The notes: generated by a model from the letters alone, not told the origin. A stretch of 61,987 bases of DNA from an uncultured Desulfurococcaceae archaeon (GCA_964598805.1 CAZRDH010000071.1:1-61987); one strand, 5' to 3'; shown: positions 45,816 through 55,151, counted from the stretch's first letter. Made by a program: numbers and translations.

Positions 45816-47006
45816 TTAATGCGTTTCGTATAGCTGAAGGTGCTTAAGCGCTATTCTATCCCAGCTAGTTTCCAGAGCGTACTTCCATACGGGCTCTAGC
45901 TCCTTTCGATAAGCCTCGAGATTCTCGATTAAGTTCATTAGCTTGTACGCAAACTCCATTACATCGCCTTGCCTCGCGCATAGCTCGGGAACCCTTTCGC
46001 AATACTCAACGAGTCGTGGAACCCTAGTGCATACCAGCGGCTTGAAGCTGCCCATCGCTAGGTGTAGAACCCCGCTAACCCCGATGAGCCCCGGAACCTC
46101 TCTATAGGGTAGGATCACGATGTCGCTTAAGGCGAAGAGCTTCAGCATCGTATCCCTATCAACGAACCTCTCTAGGAACACAACCTTGCTTCGCTTGCTA
46201 GCCATTTTCGCGAGCCGATCCCTTAGCTCGAGGGAATCCCTACCCTGCGGAGCTCCCCCTAGGACTAGGGCTATGTCGAACCTCCTCGAAACTATGTCGA
46301 ATACCTTTAGCGCGGTATCCAAGCCCTTATCGCTCCTAATGAACCCCGGGAGGAACACGATCAATTCGTTCTCTAGCGCTATTCCCAGCTCCATCAACTC
46401 GTTGATTAGCTCGCTACGCGTTTTAGAGCAGTATGGGTTTATCAGCGTTCCGTGGGGAACGATCTTCACCTTATCGATGTCCGCACCCTGGGACCACAGC
46501 TCGAATTCCTGGAGGTAGCTATGGACCACGACGACGTCGCTTAGCTCAACTAGCTTGCGCTGGAATAGAACTAGCTCAAAGTCTTCGCGAGCTCCATCCC
46601 TAAACGTCGTTACTCCCGCTACAGCCCTAGCGATGCCTATGGGCTTCTTCACCGTATGCATCGTCACTACTACCTTCCTGCAGACCTCCCTGCATTTCTC
46701 GAGAAACTTCAGGAACTCGACGTCCTGCGGAAAGAAGCTGTAATCGTGTTGGACGTGCACTACATCGGGTTTGGCACTACGTATCACCTCGAGTATCCCG
46801 CTATAATCGTTGCTCGCGCTAACGAAGGCTCTATGCACCTCGACGTCGCTTAGCCTGGGCTCGGTAGCTTCCTTCGGAACGTCCTTGTTCCCAATGACGA
46901 TGATGCTGGCTTTGCTAGCGTTTACGAGGCTCGATACTAGAAACCACGTGTACTCAGCTATACCGCATTCAGCGGGTGGATACCTAGAAACTATTGCGAG
47001 CTTCAT
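45816..47006 (-). CDS. GT4 (GT-B fold) glycosyltransferase
   Basis: 396 aa with an N-terminal CGIAEY segment and a C-terminal E-x7-E-like region (LPYREVPGLIGVSGVLHLAMGSFKP). Confidence 0.75.
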   Translation of the reverse strand: MKLAIVSRYPPAECGIAEYTWFLVSSLVNASKASIIVIGNKDVPKEATEPRLSDVEVHRAFVSASNDYSGILEVIRSAKPDVVHVQHDYSFFPQDVEFLKFLEKCREVCRKVVVTMHTVKKPIGIARAVAGVTTFRDGAREDFELVLFQRKLVELSDVVVVHSYLQEFELWSQGADIDKVKIVPHGTLINPYCSKTRSELINELMELGIALENELIVFLPGFIRSDKGLDTALKVFDIVSRRFDIALVLGGAPQGRDSLELRDRLAKMASKRSKVVFLERFVDRDTMLKLFALSDIVILPYREVPGLIGVSGVLHLAMGSFKPLVCTRVPRLVEYCERVPELCARQGDVMEFAYKLMNLIENLEAYRKELEPVWKYALETSWDRIALKHLQLYETH

Positions 47007-47063
47007 GCTTATCCCGCTAACGCACGCTTTCTCTAGCTGAGCTAATCTGCATTGAGTGGACGC

Positions 47064-47114
47064 TCAGAAGCACCGGGTTCATCACGATAATTCAGCGCTC
47101 AGCTATCTCAGCAC
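47064..47114 (-). ncRNA. Box C/D sRNA candidate with a non-canonical 5' box
   Basis: GUGCUGA-GAUAGCUGAGCG-CUGA-AUUAUC-GUGAUGA-ACCCGGUGCUU-CUGA. An A/T box (TTCAAAAC) is centred about 27 nt upstream. Confidence 0.4.
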
Positions 47115-47147
47115 CGGAATACAGTAGCGTGCTGAGGGTTTTGAACC

Positions 47148-47762
47148 ATGTTGTACAGAACCGCTACCCCCAGACCGTGGGATAAGGCATTCAATCTAAC
47201 GATCCTTAGGTACCTATGGAGGTTTCGCGATAGCATCCTAGGGGTTTACTACATACCTAAGCTCGGGAGCGTGGTCCCGGTTCTGAGGGTCGATACAGAG
47301 CTTCCGCCAAGGTTCTTCGTGAAGATCGATGAGTCCGTGCTTCGCAATAGCTATAGAATGGTGTGCTTGAGAGGATGCGGCGCGTGTTGCGAAGTGAATG
47401 CCGGCGTGTTCATGTTCGAGGAAGAGCTGGAGGAAGTGAGTAAGTTCGCTAAGCGCAGCGTTGTTCCATCGATGTGCGAAACCGTAACGCTACTCAATGG
47501 CGAGGTCGTGAAGGTATGTAGCTTGCCTAGGGGTAGGTGCCCATTCTACGACCCTCTCTCCCGATCGTGTACGATCAACGAGGTTAAGCCCATTATTTGT
47601 CGAGTGCATTACTGCACTCTCGTTGCTGAGCGCAACGGCGTTCTCTACTACAAGAAGCGCGGTCGGCGCGGAAAGCCGGTCTACGTTCCGTGGAGGGGGA
47701 GCGTTAGCGAGCTAACGGAGATCGTTAGGAAGAGCGTTTTGGCGCTAGCTAAGATAGCTTAG
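47148..47762 (+). CDS. YkgJ-family Cys-cluster (CxxCxxCC) protein
   Basis: CLRGCGACCEVN plus later Cys residues (RCPFYD, SCTIN, CRVHYC). Confidence 0.65.
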   Translation: MLYRTATPRPWDKAFNLTILRYLWRFRDSILGVYYIPKLGSVVPVLRVDTELPPRFFVKIDESVLRNSYRMVCLRGCGACCEVNAGVFMFEEELEEVSKFAKRSVVPSMCETVTLLNGEVVKVCSLPRGRCPFYDPLSRSCTINEVKPIICRVHYCTLVAERNGVLYYKKRGRRGKPVYVPWRGSVSELTEIVRKSVLALAKIA

Positions 47763-49303
47763 TCGATTTGGATGCCGAGGGCCTTGAGCATTAGCTCCTG
47801 TATCGATTCGTTGGATATGCTTAGCCCTAGCTCGTCGCTAGCTTCAGCAAGCTGGATGCGGCACGTTGGGCACGCGTGTGCGAGTACTTGGGCGTTAGGC
47901 GGTAAGTCCTTTCTAAGCCTCTCGACGCCAACAGCTAGCGATAGCCTCGGGTTGGCTATTCTGAGGTTGCCGCCGGCTCCGCAGCACTGAGCGTAATCGC
48001 GTCTTCGCTTCATCTCCTCGAATTCCTTAACTACGCTCTCTATGAGGAACCTAGGCTCCTCGTAAATCCCTTCGTGCCTACCCAGATCGCACGGGTCGTG
48101 GTACGTAGCGACTACGGGTAGCTTAGACTCGATGCGTATCACACCCTTGTTAACCAGCTCGTAGAGTAGTTGCGTAGCGTGAACGATCTCGATATCCCTG
48201 AACTCTACGCCGAGCTCGGGATAGATGGTCTTCATCATGCGGTAGCAGCTAGGGCACGGCGTAACGATCATTTCCACGCCTAGGGAGCGAATCTCCTCTA
48301 CATTCCTCTGGGCTACGCGTCGAGCTTCTTCGTGGGCTCCGGCTAGGTACAGCGGCATTCCGCAGCAATACTCCTTCTCACCTAGGACCACGTACTTAAT
48401 CCCCGCGACCTCGAGGAGCTTAGCTAGAGCCCTAACGCTCTGCTTATCGACGTAGCTAGCCATGCAGCCAGCGAATATCAGAACCTTACCCTCCCCACTA
48501 GGGGCTAAGCCCTTAACCCAATCCCCGCGCTCCTCCCTAGGCATCCACAAGGGGTTACCGTAGTCAGGGTCCATAACGCTCTCAACAGCATCCTTGATTT
48601 TCAGCGGGGCTAACCCCCTTCTCCAAGCCTCCTTGCGCAGCTCGATAACGGCCTTCCCAACATCGATTTCCTGAGGGCATACCGCGGTACAGGCGTCGCA
48701 CACCATGCACTCGTAGAGCCCTTCGTTAACGACCATTCCCAGCCTATCTAGGGAATCCCTAGGATCGAGCTCTCGCTCAGCAACCATCCTAAAGGCTAGA
48801 GCTCCACCAAACCTCCTATCCAATTGCTTTAGGGGGCACGTAGCTAAGCACGAAAGGCATAGAGAGCACTTTCGGTAGCTCATTACGTTTAGCGCATCGT
48901 CCTTCGAGAGCTTCTCGGGCGGTATGTACGGCTCACTGCGGTGGATCCAGTACCTATACCTATCGATTGCATCGAGTACGCGTGACCTATCTACGACTAG
49001 GTCCTTTAAGCGCGGAAGAAGCCATAGGGGCTTGATCACTAGCTCGTTACCGAGGCACTTCACGATCTTGAGCACGCTCGTAGAGCACGCCGGTAGAGCA
49101 ACATCGTTGACCATGACCGCGCACGAACCGCAAACGCCTCTACGGCAGCTATACGGAATGGCTATCGTCGGATCGAGCCTCTCTATCTGTATCAGCACGT
49201 CTAGGAGCGTACTCCTTTCATCGGCTTCCACCACAAACCACTCTATTCGAGGCTCCGTATCCTTAAGCGGATCGAACCTCTCTATACCTATCCTAAGCCT
49301 CAA
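47759..49303 (-). CDS. tfrB: TfrB-like subunit: SdhB-type FeS domain fused to an HdrD/GlcF-type double CCG domain
   Basis: 2Fe-2S CRRGVCGSCAVMVNDVALPAC, then CSLCLSCLATCP and CMVCDACTAVCP. Two CCG modules follow (YCCGMP...PCPSC, then DPCDLGRH...QCCGAGG...CPTC). The TTG at 49303 overlaps the tfrA stop as TTGA, and the track ORF extends to ATG 49387. Confidence 0.8.
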   Translation of the reverse strand: MRLRIGIERFDPLKDTEPRIEWFVVEADERSTLLDVLIQIERLDPTIAIPYSCRRGVCGSCAVMVNDVALPACSTSVLKIVKCLGNELVIKPLWLLPRLKDLVVDRSRVLDAIDRYRYWIHRSEPYIPPEKLSKDDALNVMSYRKCSLCLSCLATCPLKQLDRRFGGALAFRMVAERELDPRDSLDRLGMVVNEGLYECMVCDACTAVCPQEIDVGKAVIELRKEAWRRGLAPLKIKDAVESVMDPDYGNPLWMPREERGDWVKGLAPSGEGKVLIFAGCMASYVDKQSVRALAKLLEVAGIKYVVLGEKEYCCGMPLYLAGAHEEARRVAQRNVEEIRSLGVEMIVTPCPSCYRMMKTIYPELGVEFRDIEIVHATQLLYELVNKGVIRIESKLPVVATYHDPCDLGRHEGIYEEPRFLIESVVKEFEEMKRRRDYAQCCGAGGNLRIANPRLSLAVGVERLRKDLPPNAQVLAHACPTCRIQLAEASDELGLSISNESIQELMLKALGIQID

Positions 49304-50988
49304 GGTCTCAACCTCGTGATCCTCACGGGCTCGAAGAAGGTCTTTAGAACCCCGTTCTCGAGCTTTACCACTACGTGCTTTAGCCACTCGCTATCGTTTC
49401 TACTCGGGTAGTCCTCGCGGTAATGAGCACCCCTAGACTCCTTCCTAACGAGAGCGGAAATCGCTACGGATTTAGCGACTAGAACCATGTTCACGGTCTC
49501 TAAAGCCCTTAGAGCATCGATTGAAAAGCCCTTGCCCTGCTCCACCCCCATGCACTTAGCTAGCGCCTCAACCTTCTCGAGCTCCTTAACTAGCTCCTCG
49601 AGCTCGCACCCCCTCCTAATGACCCCCGCGTACCTCCACATGAACTTTCGGAGCCTCGACCTAACGACTTCGTACCCAATGACCCTCTCCCTATCCCTCG
49701 ATAGAATGCTTCGAACCCTATCGATAGCCCTCTCAACGGCTTCTCTATCAACGCCTCGAATCCCCGTACCCAGCGCGTAGCTAGAAGCGCTACTACCAGC
49801 CCTCCTACCGAAGACCAGTCCATCGGCTAGCGAATTCCCTCCAACCCTATTGGCCCCGTGGACTCCTCCAGCAACCTCGCCGCACGCGTAAACTCCCTTA
49901 ACGCTCGTCGACGCATTGACGTCTATAGAGATGCCGCCCATGAAGTAGTGAGCCGTTGGAGCTACCTCTATGGGTTCTCGACAAATGTCTATGCCTAGCC
50001 TCTTTAGGAACCTGTAGGTGGACTCCAAGCGCTCGCGAATCCTTTCGCAAGGCACGTGGGTGATATCTAAGTAGACACCCCCGTGGGGAGTACCCCTACC
50101 CTCGCTAACTTCTCGCCATATGGCGCGCGCAACGACATCCCTACCAGCGAGCTCCATTTCCTTAGGCGCGTAGCGCTTCATGAACCTCTCGCCGCGGGAA
50201 TTGAGTAGGATACCGCCCTCGCCCCTCACGGCCTCGGTTATTAGCAGGCCTCGAGCCGATTCTGGGTACGCTAAGCCCGTTGGGTGGAACTGCACCATCT
50301 CCATGTCCTTCAGCTCGAGGCCTAGCCTAAGGGCGAGGGCGTACCCATCACCCGTAGACTCCATTGGAACCGTGTTCACCTCGTATATCTGCGCGGCGCC
50401 GCCCGTAGCCAGGATCACTGCCTTGCACCGATATACTTCGGGCTCCCAGCTCTTCGTATTCCAAGCCACTACGGCTGCAGCCGAGGAGCCTACGGAGTCC
50501 TTAATCACGTCGCTAACGAACCTATTCTCCACTATCTGCACGCCTAGGCTCTTAGCAACGCTTAGGAGCGTCGTAACGATTTCGTGCCCAGTCCTATCAG
50601 AGGCGAAGCACGTTCTCCTCCGGCTCTGCTTACCGAACGCCCTTTGCGCGATAAGCCCTTCGTCAGTTCGAGAGAATACCGCTCCCCACTCCTCGAGCTC
50701 GTACACGCGATCAATGATCTCCTTGCAGAGCACCTCGACTAGATCCTGATCGTTTAGGAAGGCGCCAGCCGTAACGGTGTCCACGAAGTGCCTTTCCCAA
50801 CTATCATCCTTATCCACGTTGCATAGAGCCGCGTTAACGCCTCCTTCAGCCATGATCGAGGCGCTACACGTAGCCCGCGTCTTGGTTAGGATGACGACCT
50901 CGAGACCGCGCTGCGCTACCTCTATGGCTGCTCGTAACCCAGCTACCCCGCTACCAATAACGACAACGTCTGTAGAGATCCACTCCAT
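49300..50988 (-). CDS. tfrA: Fumarate reductase/succinate dehydrogenase flavoprotein, TfrA-like
   Basis: VVVIGSGVAGLRAA (FAD), HPTG, RGEGG, AHYFMGGI and GANRVGGNSL motifs. The covalent-FAD histidine position reads TCSASIMAEGG (Ala in place of His). Confidence 0.9.
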   Translation of the reverse strand: MEWISTDVVVIGSGVAGLRAAIEVAQRGLEVVILTKTRATCSASIMAEGGVNAALCNVDKDDSWERHFVDTVTAGAFLNDQDLVEVLCKEIIDRVYELEEWGAVFSRTDEGLIAQRAFGKQSRRRTCFASDRTGHEIVTTLLSVAKSLGVQIVENRFVSDVIKDSVGSSAAAVVAWNTKSWEPEVYRCKAVILATGGAAQIYEVNTVPMESTGDGYALALRLGLELKDMEMVQFHPTGLAYPESARGLLITEAVRGEGGILLNSRGERFMKRYAPKEMELAGRDVVARAIWREVSEGRGTPHGGVYLDITHVPCERIRERLESTYRFLKRLGIDICREPIEVAPTAHYFMGGISIDVNASTSVKGVYACGEVAGGVHGANRVGGNSLADGLVFGRRAGSSASSYALGTGIRGVDREAVERAIDRVRSILSRDRERVIGYEVVRSRLRKFMWRYAGVIRRGCELEELVKELEKVEALAKCMGVEQGKGFSIDALRALETVNMVLVAKSVAISALVRKESRGAHYREDYPSRNDSEWLKHVVVKLENGVLKTFFEPVRITRLRP

Positions 50989-50991
50989 GAA

Positions 50992-51426
50992 CTACCTTCC
51001 CTTCTTAACCCCCCTCCTCCTAATGTCCTCCTCCATCCTCTTCAACGCCTCGGAACCCGTCACTAAACCCTTCAACCCTTCCTCTAGGTTCGAAGGCCTT
51101 AACCTAGCTATCCACGATCCGTATGGATCCCTGTTTATCAGCACGGGCCTACGAATAACGTCCTGGTTTATCTCAACGATGGTTCCATCGAGTGGGGATG
51201 GTAGGGGCCCTACCCACTTAACGGATTCCAGCATAGCGACGGGCTCGCCCTTCTTAACGAAGGTTCCCGGGGGCTTCGGCTTGACGAACACTATCCTCCT
51301 CGCTAGGTACTGCCCCACGTCGTCTAGCCCGATTAAGACCTCCGAATCAACTACCTTGACCCACACGTGGTTATCGACATCGTAGTACAGATCCTCGCGA
51401 ATTTCGAATCCCTCGATTATAGCCAC
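50992..51426 (-). CDS. gcvH: GcvH-family lipoyl-carrier protein
   Basis: VAMLESVKWVGPLPSPLDGTIVEINQDV...INRDPYGSWIARL matches the GcvH core, including the ESVK lipoyl-lysine. GTG start. Its stop lies 3 nt before the tfrA start. Confidence 0.8.
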   Translation of the reverse strand: MAIIEGFEIREDLYYDVDNHVWVKVVDSEVLIGLDDVGQYLARRIVFVKPKPPGTFVKKGEPVAMLESVKWVGPLPSPLDGTIVEINQDVIRRPVLINRDPYGSWIARLRPSNLEEGLKGLVTGSEALKRMEEDIRRRGVKKGR

Positions 51427-51462
51427 GCTCTACACCTTGCCTAGAAATGATTTAGGCGGGAT

Positions 51463-51470
51463 CTTTTAAG
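51463..51470 (-). promoter_or_regulatory. TATA-like box upstream of gcvH-tfrA-tfrB
   Basis: The minus strand reads CTTAAAAG, 37-44 nt upstream of the GTG start at 51426. Confidence 0.3.
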
Positions 51471-51486
51471 GTAGCCCTCGAGAAAG

Positions 51487-52626
51487 CTAGCGATAATCTA
51501 GAACGCTTTCTATGACAGACCTCAGCAACCTCGTTGAATCCGGGGGTAGCCACGCACCAGAGCTAGGTATAACCTCCTTGAACGCTATACACGGTATTCC
51601 GAACCTAGCTCCAGCACCTCTCTTACTCACGATAACGTCGCAGAGCTCTGCTCCCACGCTCGTCGCGAGCTCGTTCACGTAGTTAACTAGCTGCGGTAAC
51701 CGATCGAGTCTCCAAAAAGCATTCACCATTAAGTAGCTAGTGGATAGCGATATCCCTACAGCCCCCACTAGCGGGTGCATAACGAGAGCCTTGCCCAGCT
51801 TCACGATCCTAGAGTCCCTACCGCTAATAACGAAGAGCACCGATACGTCCGTTAACTCCCTTAACCTACCTATGTACAGAATCCTCAAGCCCTTCACGAA
51901 TGACGAGCACTGATTCGAGACATGTATCGCTAATCTACGCGCATTGCTTTCATCTACGCTAGCACCTCCCGCCCTCATTTCCTTCATGAAGAAGCTCACT
52001 ACCTCGCTCATCTTAGGCAGCGGATTGTTCTCGTATTGAGAGAGGAAGAGCAGGAGCTCGTACGAAATACTTCCTCCGTACCCCTTAGTCTCTATAGTAC
52101 TATCCACTCTATCTAGGTACTCGCTAAGAATCTTCTCTAGCGACTCCGTAGTAACGAAGTACTCTGGCTTGCTTAGAACCTCCTTTATGTACCTCCAAAG
52201 CTCAAATCTATTCTTCAACTTGTACTCGACAATGTATAGGCCCTCGCCCACGAGCTCGCGAGGTACATCACCTACTCGAGGAAGATACAGCGTGATCGCT
52301 ACGCCCCTGGGCATTAAGGGGGCTATGCTCCTAACGAAGGGAGGAGCCCGAGGAAGGCTAACGTTCTTAAGCTTGGCGTTGCGGAGTACAGCTATAGCTA
52401 GCTGCAACCTTAGCGCAGGGAGATCGAGTTCCGCGGTTAGCTTCATTATGCGTTGCATCGCTAGCTCTCGAATCTTCTCTAGGTAGCGTCGAGCGTTGCT
52501 AAGCGTTGTGCCTAGAGCCTTAGAGAGCTCGCGGCATGCCTTAGCGAACACGATGTTCTTAATCTCGTAGATGTGCTGAAGGATTCTAGTTACGCTAAGT
52601 AGCGAGCTAACGTCGTTCTTAGCCAT
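51487..52626 (-). CDS. Hypothetical protein with an N-terminal HTH-like segment
   Basis: ACRELSKALGTTLSNARRYLEKI looks like a helix-turn-helix. 379 aa with no other motif. Confidence 0.4.
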   Translation of the reverse strand: MAKNDVSSLLSVTRILQHIYEIKNIVFAKACRELSKALGTTLSNARRYLEKIRELAMQRIMKLTAELDLPALRLQLAIAVLRNAKLKNVSLPRAPPFVRSIAPLMPRGVAITLYLPRVGDVPRELVGEGLYIVEYKLKNRFELWRYIKEVLSKPEYFVTTESLEKILSEYLDRVDSTIETKGYGGSISYELLLFLSQYENNPLPKMSEVVSFFMKEMRAGGASVDESNARRLAIHVSNQCSSFVKGLRILYIGRLRELTDVSVLFVISGRDSRIVKLGKALVMHPLVGAVGISLSTSYLMVNAFWRLDRLPQLVNYVNELATSVGAELCDVIVSKRGAGARFGIPCIAFKEVIPSSGAWLPPDSTRLLRSVIESVLDYR

Positions 52627-52697
52627 GGTCGAGTGCCTCAGCAGTCTCCATACTCATCACTGCGCTAACGGTATTAAGGTGTAGCGATAGACAGCGG

Positions 52698-53939
52698 TTA
52701 GCCGACTTGGTAGAGCAGTACGTATATACCTATCAGCACGAGTAGGATCCCCGAAACTACTGAGAGCTTATCGCTGTTCTCAATGATGAATCTCTGTACC
52801 GCCTCGAGCTTAGAGATCGATGCTACTGCTAGGAGTATGGCTATCATCGGCGATACGAATACTAGGTTGTATAGTAGTACTAGCGGAATGAATGACTCTA
52901 GCCCTAGGTTTCTAGCAATCGATACGAAGACTACGTAGGGTCCCGCTGAACATGGTAGGAGGGTGAATGTTACGAGTAGTCCTAGGGCGAAGGATAGGGT
53001 CGCGGACGTAGCTGCTCTAGGCACGTAGTTGAATACGAAGCCCTTCCCCAAGATCCTACTCTTCCTAGCGAGCCCCGAGGCTATGGTCCAAGCGCCGAAC
53101 CCTATGGCTATGGCCGCCGCTATCCTCGAGTAGATGGGTACCATCGACAGCGCCTTCAGCAAGCCGAAGCCGAGCGCTACGTAGCCTACGTAGACTGCCG
53201 ATATGAATGCTAGCCCAACCGCAACTACGTTGCGAAGCGCCGAAGGCTCGCTACGCGTGAAGGAGTAGGCGGAGAGGGCTGCCGCTAGTAGGAGAACTAC
53301 GTAGAGGTACAGTGCGCACGGGTTTATCGAGTCGCTTAGCGCTAAAGCAATGACTAGGGGTATTACGGAGGTGGTTTCACCTAGCTGCGTACCGATGATA
53401 TTGGCACCGCTCTTGAGCTTTACGACGCGCCCCTCGAATACGATGCTAGAGCCGCTAGCATTGAATAACTCGGGTGCGACACTCACCGTGAATCGCTTTA
53501 GCGCGGTTTCGTTGCTGAACTCGAGGTACTCAATCAAGCTGGTTCCCGCGTAGACGGGCACCCTCAGGCTCGCATTGCTCTTAACTAGCTCGATCCAGAA
53601 CTTAGGGGAATCCACCTCTCCAACGACCACCGCTTTAACGCAGTTTCCGCATATTACGAGCGTTAGGGGAACTACGGGCGTTAACCCGATGATTCGGTAT
53701 ATCGCTAGCAACCTCTCCCGACACTCATTGCAAACCCTAACGTTGCAGAAGTACACGCTTTTACAGCCAAAGGTTTCGTCGAGTAGCTTGTGCAGAGCGC
53801 TGCAGTGCGGGCACGTATCCATGCCGTACATGTACAGCACGACGCTGCCTCTCGACGACGCGTGCAGCGCTACGCTCGTGGCGCACAGCGTGAGCACTAT
53901 CGTCGCCAGAAGCATTATCGCTAGGCAACGCCTCTGCAA
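52698..53939 (-). CDS. Thioredoxin-like (CPHC) ectodomain fused to a CcdA/DsbD-type thiol-disulfide transporter
   Basis: Signal helix, MDTCPHCSALHKLL, a middle domain, then 6 TM helices carrying DSINPCALY and LLPCSAGPY (the conserved CcdA Cys pair). Confidence 0.7.
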   Translation of the reverse strand: MQRRCLAIMLLATIVLTLCATSVALHASSRGSVVLYMYGMDTCPHCSALHKLLDETFGCKSVYFCNVRVCNECRERLLAIYRIIGLTPVVPLTLVICGNCVKAVVVGEVDSPKFWIELVKSNASLRVPVYAGTSLIEYLEFSNETALKRFTVSVAPELFNASGSSIVFEGRVVKLKSGANIIGTQLGETTSVIPLVIALALSDSINPCALYLYVVLLLAAALSAYSFTRSEPSALRNVVAVGLAFISAVYVGYVALGFGLLKALSMVPIYSRIAAAIAIGFGAWTIASGLARKSRILGKGFVFNYVPRAATSATLSFALGLLVTFTLLPCSAGPYVVFVSIARNLGLESFIPLVLLYNLVFVSPMIAILLAVASISKLEAVQRFIIENSDKLSVVSGILLVLIGIYVLLYQVG

Positions 53940-54041
53940 GGAGTCCTACCCCGAGCTAGTTCCCATTGGAAGAGCTTATAGCTGGTATCCACCCCGACTA
54001 CCTAACGGCTTAGGTACCTCGAAAGGAAATGCGGTGGTTAC

Positions 54042-55151
54042 ATGGAGCCTAGGATCAGCATCGTAGTTCCAACGTACTGCGAATCCGAGAACATCCCAAG
54101 GCTCTTAAGGGAGCTTATCGAATCCCTTGGGAGGGACTTCGAGATCGTTATCGTCGATGATGATAGCCCCGACAAAACGTGGCTAGTAGCGATCGAGTGC
54201 ATGGTTAAGATGGGCGTTAGGGGAGTGGTTGTTCGCAGGCTCGGACTTAGGGGGCTCGCTACGGCTGTTGTCGACGGAATGGCTTTCGCGCGAGGCGAGG
54301 ACATTACCGTAATGGACGCCGACCTCCAACACCCTCCGAGCTACGTCGGGAAGCTCGTTAAGGCGCTAGAGGATAGCGGGTGCGATATAGCGATAGCTAG
54401 CAGGTACATACCTGGAGGAGGCGTCGTTGGGTGGAGCGTCGTTAGGAAGGTTATATCCAAGCTCGCTACGCTCATAGCGAAGCTCCTCCTTCCCGAGGCT
54501 AGGAGGATAAGCGACCCTATGAGCGGGTTCTTCGCCGTTAAGAGGGAGTTGATTAGCGATAGCAGGAACTCGCTAAAACCCCTTGGCTACAAGATACTCC
54601 TAGAGATCATAGCGAAGACGAGGCCTAAGTGCGTAGTAGAGGTTCCATACGTCTTTCGCCCGCGCGCAGCGGGGAAGAGCAAGCTGGGGATTAAGCAAAT
54701 CGTTTACTTCGTGATACACGTGCTCACACTCAGTGGCTGGAGACCCTTTAAGTTCGCTCTCGTCGGCATAGCGGGAACAGTCGTGAATCTCTCCACGCTG
54801 GCACTGCTATCGCTAGCAATCCCAGCGCTGACAACGAGGCTCTTCGTAATAGGTAGCGCGATCGCCATAGAGATCAGCACTCTATTCAACTTCTCCCTGC
54901 ATGAACGGTGGACCTTTAGGGATCGAAGATCGGGCAAGTTGATTAGTAGGTTGATGCGTTTTCACCTCTCCGTAGCCCCAGCAGTCCTAACGCAGTACGC
55001 TGTAGCGAACTTCCTTAGGTACGCACTAAGCGTTGAAGCCCTTCTAGCTCAGTTCATAGGCATAGCCCTCGGATTCCTAGTTAACTACGTACTCAGCGAG
55101 CTAAAGGTTTGGAGGGGTAGGAAGCTCAACGTAATCAAGGTTCGTGGATGA
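54042..55151 (+). CDS. GT2 polyprenol-phosphate glycosyltransferase (DPM1-like) fused to a GtrA-like 4-TM domain
   Basis: SIVVPTYCESENI, VIVDDDSPD and MDADLQHPP motifs. The C-terminus has FALVGIAGTVVNL...HERWTFR (GtrA). Confidence 0.8.
   Translation: MEPRISIVVPTYCESENIPRLLRELIESLGRDFEIVIVDDDSPDKTWLVAIECMVKMGVRGVVVRRLGLRGLATAVVDGMAFARGEDITVMDADLQHPPSYVGKLVKALEDSGCDIAIASRYIPGGGVVGWSVVRKVISKLATLIAKLLLPEARRISDPMSGFFAVKRELISDSRNSLKPLGYKILLEIIAKTRPKCVVEVPYVFRPRAAGKSKLGIKQIVYFVIHVLTLSGWRPFKFALVGIAGTVVNLSTLALLSLAIPALTTRLFVIGSAIAIEISTLFNFSLHERWTFRDRRSGKLISRLMRFHLSVAPAVLTQYAVANFLRYALSVEALLAQFIGIALGFLVNYVLSELKVWRGRKLNVIKVRG

Noticed and set aside
45642-45833. 63-aa plus-strand ORF in the GNAT/GT4 intergenic region.
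   Set aside because: It lies across two C/D sRNA units on the opposite strand and has no coding-like features.
52638-52660. Half of a C/D unit on the minus strand (GUGAUGA-GUAUGGAGACUG-CUGA), just upstream of the 379-aa ORF start.
   Set aside because: I found no second C'/D or C/D' pair on either side, even allowing degenerate boxes. The downstream side is already coding. It may be a relic or a single-guide RNA, but it is not supportable as a feature.
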